Shown one piece after another: positions 1 to 10,242 of a stretch of DNA of 47,348 nucleotides. The notes beneath the pieces are model-generated. The model did no database searches. It saw nothing but the letters and a program-made list of their open reading frames with translations, and was not told the DNA's origin. The DNA is from a virus (taxonomy: Duplodnaviria > Heunggongvirae > Uroviricota > Caudoviricetes). Made by a program: the position numbers and the translations under genes. Numbering within the stretch: the first letter of the stretch is position 1; each line of letters opens with the position of its first letter. The stretch lies in the IMG/VR virus record IMGVR_UViG_3300024348_000012, one strand, 5' to 3'.

Positions 1-153
1 ATCGGGTTTCAAGCTGGAGTAAATGCAAAAACACCATATACTACAAATGATTTAAAGAAAGCAGATGAACAAGTTTTAACTGCAGCAAAATTTAAAACAG
101 GTAGAGGTGGTGCTATAACTGAGAAAAAATACTCAGATACGAAACCAAAATAA
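1..153 (+). CDS. 3' end of a hypothetical protein (truncated by window edge)
   Basis: Frame 1 is open from base 1 (IGFQAGVNAKTPY...YSDTKPK) to TAA at 151-153; not in the ORF track. Confidence 0.6.
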   Translation: MGFQAGVNAKTPYTTNDLKKADEQVLTAAKFKTGRGGAITEKKYSDTKPK

Positions 154-162
154 ACCAATTTA

Positions 163-588
163 ATGGCAAAAAAAGTTACAAAAAAGAGCAATCCAAAATG
201 GGTTGCTAAAAAATATGGATTTAAGTCTGGTTTAGAAGAAACCATCTCTCAACAAATAGAATCTTATGGAATTAAAGTAGAGTATGAGACCGAAAAGGTT
301 CCATACATAATTCCTGCATCCACTCACCACTATCATCCCGATTTCAAATTACCCAATGGTATTAGAATAGAGACAAAAGGTAGGTTTGTGGCAGCTGACC
401 GTAAGAAGCACTTATTGGTTAAAGAACAAAACCCAAATATGGACATTAGGTTCGTATTTTCCAATTCAAAGAACAAAATCACCAAAAAGTCCAAAACGAC
501 CTATGGGGATTGGTGTGAAAAGAATGGATATAAGTATGCAGACAAAATCATCCCAAATGAGTGGTTTTTAGAGGAAAATAGACCGTAA
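163..588 (+). CDS. T7 endonuclease I-like Holliday junction resolvase
   Basis: Motifs FKSGLEE, YHPDFKLPNGIRIETKGRF, DRKKHLL, DIRFVFSNS, TTYGDWCEK match the T7 gp3 family (PD-(D/E)xK). Confidence 0.9.
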   Translation: MAKKVTKKSNPKWVAKKYGFKSGLEETISQQIESYGIKVEYETEKVPYIIPASTHHYHPDFKLPNGIRIETKGRFVAADRKKHLLVKEQNPNMDIRFVFSNSKNKITKKSKTTYGDWCEKNGYKYADKIIPNEWFLEENRP

Positions 589-592
589 AATA

Positions 593-624
593 TTTGGTAA
601 TATCAAATATTTGTCGTATATTTA
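593..624 (+). promoter_or_regulatory. Bacteroidota sigma70-type promoter overlapping an inverted repeat, upstream of primase
   Basis: TTTG (593-596), 20 nt, TATATTTA (617-624); inverted repeat AAATATTTG/CAAATATTT at 588-612. Confidence 0.65.
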
Positions 625-628
625 AGTC

Positions 629-1570
629 GTGTTGAAGCAAAATGATAAGAATATAGTCGTATCTACCCTTACTGGTATTTTAGGTAGTTATCTCAATCTG
701 AAAGGAAATGAGTTAGCTTTCTACTGTCCTTTCTGCAATCACCATAAACAAAAATTACAAGTTAATACGGAAACCCAAAAGTGGCATTGTTGGACTTGCA
801 ATAGTGGTGGTAAAAAATTGACATCTTTATTAAAAAAGTTAGATGTTGATAGAAAGGTGATTTCGGTAATTAGAGAGATATATGGGGATAGCAATTATAA
901 CCCACAATTAGAGGATGCCGATACAAAGGTGTTCATTTCCCTACCAAAAGAATTTATAAGTCTAAATGAGACTCCTAAAGGGTTTAATCCCGAATATAAA
1001 CACGCAATACATTACCTTACTCAAAGAGGAATAGGTATGAAAGAAATAATCAAATATAATATTGGTTATTGTAAGGAAGGTTTGTATAGTAGACGAGTAA
1101 TTATACCATCATACAATTCCGATGGTACATTGAATTACTTTGTTTCTCGTTCTTATTATCAGGAGGAAAAAATGAAATACAAAAACCCTCCAATCTCCAA
1201 AAATGTAATATGTTTTGAGTCACAGGTAAATTGGAACGAACCGATTATACTTTGTGAAGGTGTATTTGATGCAATCACAATTAAAAGAAATGCAATACCA
1301 CTTTTAGGTAAGTTTCCATCCAGAATATTGGTTGAGAAAATCTTTATGAGTGGAATAAGTGATATTATTATTTCGTTAGATAATGACGCAATAAATGAGG
1401 CACTTAAAGCTGCCGAATATTTTAGAAAAAATGGTATACATGTAAAAATGATGTACCTTAAAGATAAAGATGCCGCCGATATGGGGTATGAAAAATTCTA
1501 CGAAGAACTAAAGAAAACTAAAGAGTTTTCATCGGAAGAATTATTATTGAACAAAATAAATTCATTATGA
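629..1570 (+). CDS. DNA primase (Zn finger + TOPRIM)
   Basis: CPFC...CWTC zinc-binding domain, RRVIIP, CEGVFDA, SLDNDA TOPRIM motifs; GTG start. Confidence 0.9.
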   Translation: MLKQNDKNIVVSTLTGILGSYLNLKGNELAFYCPFCNHHKQKLQVNTETQKWHCWTCNSGGKKLTSLLKKLDVDRKVISVIREIYGDSNYNPQLEDADTKVFISLPKEFISLNETPKGFNPEYKHAIHYLTQRGIGMKEIIKYNIGYCKEGLYSRRVIIPSYNSDGTLNYFVSRSYYQEEKMKYKNPPISKNVICFESQVNWNEPIILCEGVFDAITIKRNAIPLLGKFPSRILVEKIFMSGISDIIISLDNDAINEALKAAEYFRKNGIHVKMMYLKDKDAADMGYEKFYEELKKTKEFSSEELLLNKINSL

Positions 1571-4500
1571 GTTTAAAGAAGATTTATCATATAGCGGATG
1601 TCCATATCCGTAATGTGAAAAGACACAAAGAGTATAGACAGGTTTTTGAAAAAATGTTTGTAGAAATCCGTAAAAGAGGAACGGAGGATGCAATCATTTA
1701 TTTAGCAGGTGATATTGCTCATGCTAAATTAGAAATGTCACCAGAATTAGTCAACGAAATTAGTTGGTTATTCAAAGAGTGTGCCAAAACTTGTCCTACA
1801 ATTCTTATTACTGGAAATCACGATTGTAATATGAACAATATGGATAGAATGGATGTTCTTACTCCATTGGTTGATGCATTGGAATTGGAAAACTTTTATT
1901 ATTTAAGAGATACGCAGGTTTATTCAATTGGTGGTGTTGATTTTTCAGTATTTAGTATTTTAGATAACAAAGACAATTGGATTACTGCTGACAAAATGTT
2001 TGGTAATAAAAAGATTGCATTATTCCACGGACCTGTTGATAATTCTCAAACTGATATAGGTTATGTGGTAAGTAGTAGACATTTTACAACGGATATATTT
2101 GATGGATTTGATTTAGCACTTTTAGGTGATATTCATAAGCGTCAAGAAATGATAAGTCCGAAAGGTTGTAAGGTAGTTTATGCGGGTTCACTAATTCAAC
2201 AAAACTTTGGTGAGACATTGGATAGACATGGGTTTTTAGCATGGGATTTAGATACAATGACTTACGAAGAAATTGATATCAAAAACGATTATGGTTATTA
2301 TACTATGGATATTGACAATGGTAAGGTTCCAGTTGTAAATGATATGCCAAAACATCCTCGTTTAAGAGTAAGATTGTCAAACACCGATACCGCCGATACT
2401 AAAAAAGTAATTACGGAAATCAAAATGAGATATGGTGTTGAGGACTTTACAATTATTAGAACAGACTCCCTTTCAAAAAAGAAAACAGGAGATAGAGGTA
2501 ATAAATTAGAATTTGAAAACATTTCGGATATAAACTACCAGAACTCACTTATAAATGAGTATGTAGAAAGAATGATGCCATTTGTTGATAAGAAAGATTT
2601 GGCACAATTAGAAAGAATTAATAGAGATGTAAATAGTAGAATTGTACATGAAGATACTTTAAGAAACATTATGTGGAAACCAGTTAGATTTGAGTTTTCA
2701 AATATGTTTAGTTATGGTGAAGATAACAAAATTGACTTTACAAAGTTAAATGGATTGATGGGATTGTTTGCACCAAATGCACAAGGTAAATCATCTATTT
2801 TTGATGCTATATCATTTTGTTTATACGATAAGAGTAGTAGAGCATTCAAAGCAGCAAATATCTTAAACAATCGTAAGACAGAGTTTAGATGTTATTTACA
2901 TTTCCAAGTTAATGGTGTGGATTATCATATTGAAAGAACTGCCAAAACAATCAACAAAGGAAAAAATGTAAAGGTAGATGTAAACTTTTGGTATATTGAC
3001 TTAGATAATCAAAAAGTATCTTTGAATGGAACGGAAAGGAGAGACACAAATACCGTAATTGAACAATATGTTGGTAAGTATGAAGATTTCGTATTGACCG
3101 CATTATCGTTACAAGGTAATAACTCTATATTCATTGATAAGTCACAATCGGAAAGAAAAGACTTACTTGCTCAATTTATGGGATTAAATGTTTTTGACAA
3201 ATTATACGATACGGCTTTGGAAGATATCAAAGAAGTTTCGGTATTGATTAAGAACTTTAAGAAAACCGACTTTACAACTGAACTTGCTGAAAAGGCTAAT
3301 GAGTTAAAGGATAAGAAAGGTGAATTGAAAGAGTTTGAAAAAGAATTGGGTAGATTGAATGGTGACAAAGGTGGATTGGATAGTGTTATATTAGATTTGA
3401 GTAGAAACCTTACTCCTATTGACTCTAATTTGGACTTACCTACTTTGGAAGAAAAAAGAAAGGGTTTGGGTGAAGATATTCAAAACAATACAACTTTAAT
3501 TGGAACAAAAGAAACATTCATTAAAATATTAGAAGGAAAAATTGAAGAAATTTCACAATCAATAGATGAGAAGAAACAATTAAATGGAATTGATATAGAA
3601 GTTGTGTATTCTAACTATAAAGAATATCAAAAGAAATTAGTTGATGAAACCAAAGTATATGATACTGCAAAATTGCATGTAAGTTCTGCAGAAGAAACAA
3701 TTAAAAATTTGGATAATCATAAATACGACCCAAATTGTAAGTTTTGTTGTGATAATACTTTTGTAAAAGATGCAATGAGAGTAAAAGAATTATTACCTCA
3801 ATTGAAAGAAATGCTTAGAGAAGCATTGGTTGATTGTACCGGTATTCAACAAACATTAGATACAATGGAAGGTATTGAGGAACAATATAATGAATTGACC
3901 GACTTAAAAATAAAACTTGGCCAATCCAAAGGTATCTTAAAAACGGCAGAAGCAGAATTAAAGGGTTTAGAAACAAAAGAAGAATTGTTACAAACTCAAT
4001 TGGACAAAGTAGAAGAAGATATTGAAAAATATTTTGAAAACGAAGAAACAATTCAAAGTAATAAAGAGTTGGAAAAACAAATCAAAGAATTAGAAATAGA
4101 GAAAAAGGAAATTGAGTCGGACATTAAGGATATTACTAAACAAGTTGCAACTACAAATGGGTCTATATCATCATTACAGACTTATATAGATGGTATCAAA
4201 CAAAAGATGAGTGATGTTAAGGAATTAGAAGAAAAGAACCGATTATACACCTATTATTTAGATGCAGTTAAGAGAGATGGTATTCCATATGAATTGATTT
4301 CAAAAGCATTACCTGTTATTGAGAATGAGGTAAACAATATCCTTGCACAAGTTGTAGACTTTGGTGTTACAATGGAAATGGATGGTAAATCAATCAATGC
4401 AAAAATAGTTTACGAAGACCAGGAATGGCCATTAGAGATGTGTAGTGGTATGGAGAAGTTTGTTAGTGGACTTGCTATTAGAGTTGCACTTATTAATGTA

Positions 4501-4713
4501 TGTAACTTACCTCGTCCGAATTTCTTAGTAGTAGATGAAGGATTTGGAACATTAGACGCAGATAACTTATCATCTTTATTTATGATGATGCAGTATCTTA
4601 AAACTCAATTTGATTTTATTTGGGTTATTTCTCACTTAGAACAAATGAGAGATATCGTAGATGGATTGATAGAAATAAAAAAAGTAAATGGATTTAGTAA
4701 GATTGATTTCTAA
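1567..4713 (+). CDS. Fused Mre11/SbcD nuclease - Rad50/SbcC ATPase (gp47-gp46-like)
   Basis: Phosphoesterase motifs ADVH, GD, GNHD, FHG, GDIH; Walker A APNAQGKSS; coiled coil with CKFC zinc hook; signature CSGME; Walker B/D-loop VVDEGFGTLD; H-loop VISH. Confidence 0.92.
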   Translation: MSLKKIYHIADVHIRNVKRHKEYRQVFEKMFVEIRKRGTEDAIIYLAGDIAHAKLEMSPELVNEISWLFKECAKTCPTILITGNHDCNMNNMDRMDVLTPLVDALELENFYYLRDTQVYSIGGVDFSVFSILDNKDNWITADKMFGNKKIALFHGPVDNSQTDIGYVVSSRHFTTDIFDGFDLALLGDIHKRQEMISPKGCKVVYAGSLIQQNFGETLDRHGFLAWDLDTMTYEEIDIKNDYGYYTMDIDNGKVPVVNDMPKHPRLRVRLSNTDTADTKKVITEIKMRYGVEDFTIIRTDSLSKKKTGDRGNKLEFENISDINYQNSLINEYVERMMPFVDKKDLAQLERINRDVNSRIVHEDTLRNIMWKPVRFEFSNMFSYGEDNKIDFTKLNGLMGLFAPNAQGKSSIFDAISFCLYDKSSRAFKAANILNNRKTEFRCYLHFQVNGVDYHIERTAKTINKGKNVKVDVNFWYIDLDNQKVSLNGTERRDTNTVIEQYVGKYEDFVLTALSLQGNNSIFIDKSQSERKDLLAQFMGLNVFDKLYDTALEDIKEVSVLIKNFKKTDFTTELAEKANELKDKKGELKEFEKELGRLNGDKGGLDSVILDLSRNLTPIDSNLDLPTLEEKRKGLGEDIQNNTTLIGTKETFIKILEGKIEEISQSIDEKKQLNGIDIEVVYSNYKEYQKKLVDETKVYDTAKLHVSSAEETIKNLDNHKYDPNCKFCCDNTFVKDAMRVKELLPQLKEMLREALVDCTGIQQTLDTMEGIEEQYNELTDLKIKLGQSKGILKTAEAELKGLETKEELLQTQLDKVEEDIEKYFENEETIQSNKELEKQIKELEIEKKEIESDIKDITKQVATTNGSISSLQTYIDGIKQKMSDVKELEEKNRLYTYYLDAVKRDGIPYELISKALPVIENEVNNILAQVVDFGVTMEMDGKSINAKIVYEDQEWPLEMCSGMEKFVSGLAIRVALINVCNLPRPNFLVVDEGFGTLDADNLSSLFMMMQYLKTQFDFIWVISHLEQMRDIVDGLIEIKKVNGFSKIDF

Positions 4714-4879
4714 GAACGACCTTATCAGCCTTCAACACACTAGATTGTGGTTTTGAGACACCGACGTGTTTCTTGATTAGATTTTCAACTAGACTACCCA
4801 TTTTAAACCCGTGTTCTTCACAATACCCTTTGAGAAGTTCATGGGTTTCTTTTTTGATTTGTAACATTGCGTATTTCAT
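4694..4879 (-). CDS. Ribbon-helix-helix (CopG/Arc-like) DNA-binding protein
   Basis: 61 aa with beta strand YAMLQI, helix KKETHELLKGYCEEHG, helix KMGSLVENLIKKH; only credible minus-strand gene, has its own intergenic upstream region. Confidence 0.7.
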   Translation of the reverse strand: MKYAMLQIKKETHELLKGYCEEHGFKMGSLVENLIKKHVGVSKPQSSVLKADKVVLRNQSY

Positions 4880-4887
4880 AACTTATT

Positions 4888-4930
4888 TAGTTTTCTTTAG
4901 TATTATATAATATATGTTAGTTTTCTTTAG
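4888..4930. repeat. Direct repeat TAGTTTTCTTTAG x2 (candidate operator) upstream of the RHH gene
   Basis: Exact 13-mer at 4888-4900 and 4918-4930; same 13-mer at 47070-47082 and, reverse-complemented, at 1508-1520. Confidence 0.7.
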
Positions 4931-4959
4931 ATAAATATGAGATAATTATTTTTTTAGAG

Positions 4960-4967
4960 ATATTTAT
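4960..4967 (+). promoter_or_regulatory. Candidate late-promoter motif ATATTTAT upstream of the tail fibre gene
   Basis: Same motif lies just upstream of structural genes at 34236, 39904, 42884 and 44044. Confidence 0.4.
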
Positions 4968-4980
4968 TTAAAAAGATTAA

Positions 4981-7900
4981 ATGGCTGTTATACAAAAAAC
5001 ATCGTTTGCGAAAGATTTGGATAGATTTAATGTATTAGTAAATGATGTAAATCCCAATAGTAGATATTTTAGAATAAGTGAACTACCTGATACTCTAACC
5101 GGTGGTAAGAATGCATTTTTAATTGCCGGGTCAGAAGAATTAGTTCCTGATACAAAAATACAAATTGAAATTAAAGATTCCATAGGTAATATAATTTATC
5201 ACGAACCGGGTGAAGGGATGATTAATACTAATATAAGTGGTTCTGCAAATACATCAATCATCGCGGAATATTTTGAAGGTGTATCTAAGGTTGTTGCAAT
5301 ATACATTTATCCGGAAACAACATTTGGCCCATGTACTCTCACAATATTAGGTGAGGTAGACAAATATGAAGATGGAAATGGAATATTAACACCTGTTCCT
5401 ATTGATTGGATTGGCAAATATAATGTAAAATGGCAAAAACAATTAAATGTAAATCCATCTTTAGCCAATACTACAAAGATTAGATTTTACCAAAGACCAC
5501 AAGCTAAAATTACCGAAATATTAAATCCAATTTATACAATAGTTAGTGGTAGTAAAGTTGCCAGTGCAGTTACTCAATCTTTTGCCAATATTAAACTTTC
5601 TAGACTAGAAACGTTTGCAGGGGATGTAAAACGAGTAAAAGTATTTAGAACTTCGGATGGTGATATTTCTGATTATGATTTAATACAAGATATATTAGTT
5701 GAATCTAAAGAATTATTAACAAGTTATACTTTAAGTGGTAGTGTTGTTGGGCAGACCGGTATTATAACATCGGAAACACTTAAAAATTATTGGAACACAG
5801 GTTCGTTAAATGCATATCTTACATCCAGTAAAGTTGAAAGTGGGGTTAGATTAACGGGTAGTGGTAATTTTACATATAGTTCATCTTTAGATATAAAAAG
5901 TAAAAATACTTATGAATTGGGTTTAGATGCGTTTTATTCATCGTCTATTTCAAGTAATTTGGGAATATATTTAAGTTGGGTTTCATCATCTACAACATTT
6001 ACAAGTAGTTTAGCAACTTTAACAGGAACACAACCTACAAAAAATTTATTAGATACAATTATTCCTTTTAAAATTGATAGAGATTACCCATCTGCAAGTT
6101 TATATTTTTCTCAATCACAGGGAGAATGGCATTTGGGAAATATTAGTTTAAAACTTTCACAAGATACGGCATTTTCACCAGATGAGATTTCATTTGTTAC
6201 AACAATGCCAACGGATATTAATAATCAAACTTATAATTTTAAATTTGAATTTTATGATGTAAATAATAACTATGTGCCCATTGCGGTAACACAAAGTGCA
6301 GTGTTTACAGGTGGAAATGCCGGAGCAACTGCTAAATTATTAACATTCCAAACTGATAGAAGTGCATTTAGATTTAGTACGGGTTCGTATGGTAATCCTG
6401 TAAATCAAACGGTTAAATTTTCAACACAAAAAACCAATTTAACGGGTTCAGTAACATATGCATCATCTGCATTTGATATTGGTGGAAATTATATTACACC
6501 TGCAAGTTATGCAGGTACTTATCCAGGTACTTTAACAAATGTAAGTGATAATGGAGCATTATTAACTATTGCAAATTTTAGTGGTAGTGTTGCAAGTGTA
6601 TTAGTTGGTTCAATTGTCTATACCGCATCATGTGAAAATTTTACAGAATTTGAAACCATTTATAGATTTGAGGATGGTGATAATGCACCGGGTGTTTTTG
6701 TCACTTCAAATACAAATCAATTTATTTATAAAGCTACCGACTTATCTTTAAACCCAACGGGACAAACAATAACAATAGAAGCTAAACGTAAAAATTTAGC
6801 ATCAGCTACAACCCCATTAACTGTAAATTCTGGAAGTGGAAAACCTGCATTGACATTGGTATCTACGAATGCAACAAATGGAGTAGATACCTACACATTA
6901 TCTGGAACGTCATATCCATATTCAACCGGTGAAACAATTTATTCTATTTCTGGTTCTGACCAATTTGGTAATGTTTTTTCAGATGCAATTAAAATAAGTC
7001 CTGTAAAAATATTAGATGGTTTTTCAGTTGCGGTGAGTAATGAAAACACATCATTTCCTGCACTTTCAATAGGAACGGTAGTTGGTGGATTTGCAGCAAG
7101 TAGTGGTTCTATAACAGTTAAAGTTGGTAATGAACCTATAAATTATTCATCAACATTTGTAACTAATTCATTTAGCGCAAGTATTGACACATTTGCTGGT
7201 TTAACCCCAAATACATTTAACGGAACAAATTATTCAATAAACGCTTTAAGTGCAGATAGTGGTTCTTTGACTTTATTAGTAAAATATAAAGATGGTGGGG
7301 GAACTATAATAAGTTCTTCAAAAGAAATAACGTATTCAAAAGTTAAAAAAGCAGTTCCCAATGTTGTTATATCCGCAACACCACAAGCACAATCAGTTTT
7401 GGCAAACGCAGCTGGAACCCAAACCGGAACTTTATCAAATGTTACAGTTTCCGCATTAGAAGGTACTACGAGTAGATTTACATCTATGGTTGCAACATAT
7501 TCAGGGTTTTCAACAGACCCAACGATTAGTGGTGCAACATTAACAATGACATCTGCAGTTATAACTGCTGCATCTGCAGAAGCTTCTGCAACAATAGTTG
7601 TAACTCACACCGATAGTGAAGGAACTACCGGTCAAACACAGACAATTATAGTAAGATTTACAAAAGTAAGTGTTGGACAAGATGGTAATAATGGTTCAAA
7701 TGGTACAAATGCAAAAGTAGTTGTTATAACTGCTGATAACTATGTAGTGACATATGATGGAAATGGTAGTTTATCTCCAGGCGGACAAAGTGTAATATTA
7801 ACGGCAACATCTCAAAATTTTACTACACCATATTATCAATTTACAAAAAATGGAACAGAAGTTAGAGCATATTCTACAACCGCAACATATACAATAGTAA

Positions 7901-10242
7901 CGTTACCATCATCGGGAACGTCAGATTTATATCAAGTAAATGTTAAAGAAGGAAATGTGGGTTCAGTTATTGCATTTGATAATACTGATATATTTGGTGT
8001 TAAAGCTGGTACGGATTCTTACACAGTATTTTTAACAAATGAAGCACATACATTACCGGCAGCAAATGATGGAACAGTTTCGTCTTATGTGGGTAGTGGT
8101 ACTTCTGTTATAGTTTATAAAGGTGCGACTCAATTAAATGGTGTAACCACAGGAACACCAACAACTGGTGAGTTCAAAGTAACGGCAACACTTACAACTG
8201 GAACGATTACAATTGGAGGACAAACTTCAACAGGAAATCCTGTAATTTTTGCAGACCATAGTGTTATGACAACGGATTTGGCTACAATAACATATAGTAT
8301 AAATGTTGAAAATTTAGTAACCATTACAAAACTTCAAAGTTTATCAAAATCTAAAAAAGGAGATACTGGTTCACCGGGAAATAATGGAAATGATGGTAAA
8401 AGAACAGCGACTGGTTTGTTATATTATCAACTCGCTGCAGCAACTGCTCCCGCAACACCAACTGCAACTTCATATACATTTTCAACGAATGCGTTTGCAG
8501 GTCTTACTACTAATTGGGCATTGGGTGCTCCAACATTTGCAGCAGGAAATTCAAATAAATATTGGTATTCAACATATACCGCAATAGAAACTACGGCGGG
8601 AGGAGATACGGCGGTTCCAACTTTCACTACTGTAACTCAAGCAATTGGTTTTACTGGATTGGTAACATTCACATCACCTGATAATATTAGTGATGGTAGT
8701 GGAAATACTTCGGAAATAATCCCAAAGGGTTCAATTACAAATCACATTGGTGGTGCGAATGTAACAACAATAAATGGTAGTAAAATTTCAACAGGAACTA
8801 TAACATCAACAAAATATACACTACTTGGTTCCGATACTGTTGCAAGTGGTTCGTTTACGGGTGGTGGTACTCTTTTTAATTTAGATAATAGTGGTTCAAT
8901 ACGAAGTAAAAACTTTTATATCACACCTCAAGGAGATGCAATATTTAAGGGTTCAATAACCGGTGGTACAATTGCAATTGGTTCTAACTTTTCAGTTTCT
9001 AATGCAGGTGTTGTAAATGCAACAGGAGCAACAATTACCGGAAATATAACGGCGACAAGTATAACTGCGACTACTGCAGGAAGTATTGCGGGATGGAGTG
9101 TAACGTCCACAACATTAGGAACGGGTAGTTTAAGATTAAACTCTGTAAGGCCTGCAGTAGAAATATATTCTGGTAGTTCATTGGTGGTAGATATAAGTTC
9201 TGCAACAAGTTTATCCACAATTAATGAAGGAGGTGCAAACATTGGAGCTGGTACTATTCCATATACAATAAGTGCATCAATACAACAAGAGGTAAGTGAA
9301 GAAACTACATTATTAACCGCTTATCAAGCAGATTTAGGTGCTGACCCATTGTATTCTACGGGTGGCTCAGTTGTAACATTTACACCGACTTCTACTGGTG
9401 CGTATGAAGCAACAATAGTATTGGGAGGACAGGTTAGTAATGCACTTGGTCAGTTAGAACCCAATGGTGTTAGCCCTGCAGCAGCTTTTTCATTTTTACA
9501 GGCATCTTATACAATTGGTGTTTCAATTAGACAAGGTAGTGCATCAGGAACAGAAGTTGCTAATTTTTCCTATGCACAAGATTGGAGTCAAGCCACGTCT
9601 GGTACGGGCTTTAATAGAACTTCAGAACCAAATCCTACACTAACAGGAACGATAAGTGTAACAAATGGAACAACTTATTATGTGGTTCCATATATTAGTA
9701 CCGGACAAATAGAAAGTGTAACAACTAATGGAAATCTTTCTACACATAGTGTAAGAGCCACATATAAAACACCAACAATAACAAACATTTCCGTTTCAAG
9801 AGGTATATCTAAATCGGAATTGGTTGCGGGTGGTTTTCAAGTAGTATTTAATACGGATAGGTATTTAAGAGTTGAACGTTTAAGTAATGCAGATTTCGTA
9901 AGTATTGGTGGTGGATTAACTTGTACAGGTGATGTAACTGCAAATACTTCATCTGATAAAAGATGGAAAGATAATATTATACCAATTGATAATCCAATAG
10001 AAAAAATAAAAAAATTAACAGGTAACTCTTTTGTTTGGAAGGATGGGTTTGAAGTTTATCATTCAAATAAAGGATTAGATTATGGTGTAATAGCACAAGA
10101 AGTTGAAGAAGTTATGCCTGAAATCGTTATTCAAAGAGATGGTGGTTATAAAGGAGTTAGATATGAAAAAATAATTCCATTATTGATTGAGGCAATTAAA
10201 GAACAACAAAAAGAAATTGAAGAACTAAAAAAGAATAAGTAA
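4981..10242 (+). CDS. Large tail fibre / tail spike with C-terminal intramolecular chaperone (peptidase S74)
   Basis: 1753 aa, Thr/Ser/Gly-rich beta modules, short Gly-X-Y runs (GQDGNNGSNGTN, GDTGSPGNNGNDG), C-terminal SDKRWKDNI...GVIAQEVEEV.PE...VRYEKIIPLLIEAIKEQQKEIEELK. Confidence 0.88.
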   Translation: MAVIQKTSFAKDLDRFNVLVNDVNPNSRYFRISELPDTLTGGKNAFLIAGSEELVPDTKIQIEIKDSIGNIIYHEPGEGMINTNISGSANTSIIAEYFEGVSKVVAIYIYPETTFGPCTLTILGEVDKYEDGNGILTPVPIDWIGKYNVKWQKQLNVNPSLANTTKIRFYQRPQAKITEILNPIYTIVSGSKVASAVTQSFANIKLSRLETFAGDVKRVKVFRTSDGDISDYDLIQDILVESKELLTSYTLSGSVVGQTGIITSETLKNYWNTGSLNAYLTSSKVESGVRLTGSGNFTYSSSLDIKSKNTYELGLDAFYSSSISSNLGIYLSWVSSSTTFTSSLATLTGTQPTKNLLDTIIPFKIDRDYPSASLYFSQSQGEWHLGNISLKLSQDTAFSPDEISFVTTMPTDINNQTYNFKFEFYDVNNNYVPIAVTQSAVFTGGNAGATAKLLTFQTDRSAFRFSTGSYGNPVNQTVKFSTQKTNLTGSVTYASSAFDIGGNYITPASYAGTYPGTLTNVSDNGALLTIANFSGSVASVLVGSIVYTASCENFTEFETIYRFEDGDNAPGVFVTSNTNQFIYKATDLSLNPTGQTITIEAKRKNLASATTPLTVNSGSGKPALTLVSTNATNGVDTYTLSGTSYPYSTGETIYSISGSDQFGNVFSDAIKISPVKILDGFSVAVSNENTSFPALSIGTVVGGFAASSGSITVKVGNEPINYSSTFVTNSFSASIDTFAGLTPNTFNGTNYSINALSADSGSLTLLVKYKDGGGTIISSSKEITYSKVKKAVPNVVISATPQAQSVLANAAGTQTGTLSNVTVSALEGTTSRFTSMVATYSGFSTDPTISGATLTMTSAVITAASAEASATIVVTHTDSEGTTGQTQTIIVRFTKVSVGQDGNNGSNGTNAKVVVITADNYVVTYDGNGSLSPGGQSVILTATSQNFTTPYYQFTKNGTEVRAYSTTATYTIVTLPSSGTSDLYQVNVKEGNVGSVIAFDNTDIFGVKAGTDSYTVFLTNEAHTLPAANDGTVSSYVGSGTSVIVYKGATQLNGVTTGTPTTGEFKVTATLTTGTITIGGQTSTGNPVIFADHSVMTTDLATITYSINVENLVTITKLQSLSKSKKGDTGSPGNNGNDGKRTATGLLYYQLAAATAPATPTATSYTFSTNAFAGLTTNWALGAPTFAAGNSNKYWYSTYTAIETTAGGDTAVPTFTTVTQAIGFTGLVTFTSPDNISDGSGNTSEIIPKGSITNHIGGANVTTINGSKISTGTITSTKYTLLGSDTVASGSFTGGGTLFNLDNSGSIRSKNFYITPQGDAIFKGSITGGTIAIGSNFSVSNAGVVNATGATITGNITATSITATTAGSIAGWSVTSTTLGTGSLRLNSVRPAVEIYSGSSLVVDISSATSLSTINEGGANIGAGTIPYTISASIQQEVSEETTLLTAYQADLGADPLYSTGGSVVTFTPTSTGAYEATIVLGGQVSNALGQLEPNGVSPAAAFSFLQASYTIGVSIRQGSASGTEVANFSYAQDWSQATSGTGFNRTSEPNPTLTGTISVTNGTTYYVVPYISTGQIESVTTNGNLSTHSVRATYKTPTITNISVSRGISKSELVAGGFQVVFNTDRYLRVERLSNADFVSIGGGLTCTGDVTANTSSDKRWKDNIIPIDNPIEKIKKLTGNSFVWKDGFEVYHSNKGLDYGVIAQEVEEVMPEIVIQRDGGYKGVRYEKIIPLLIEAIKEQQKEIEELKKNK

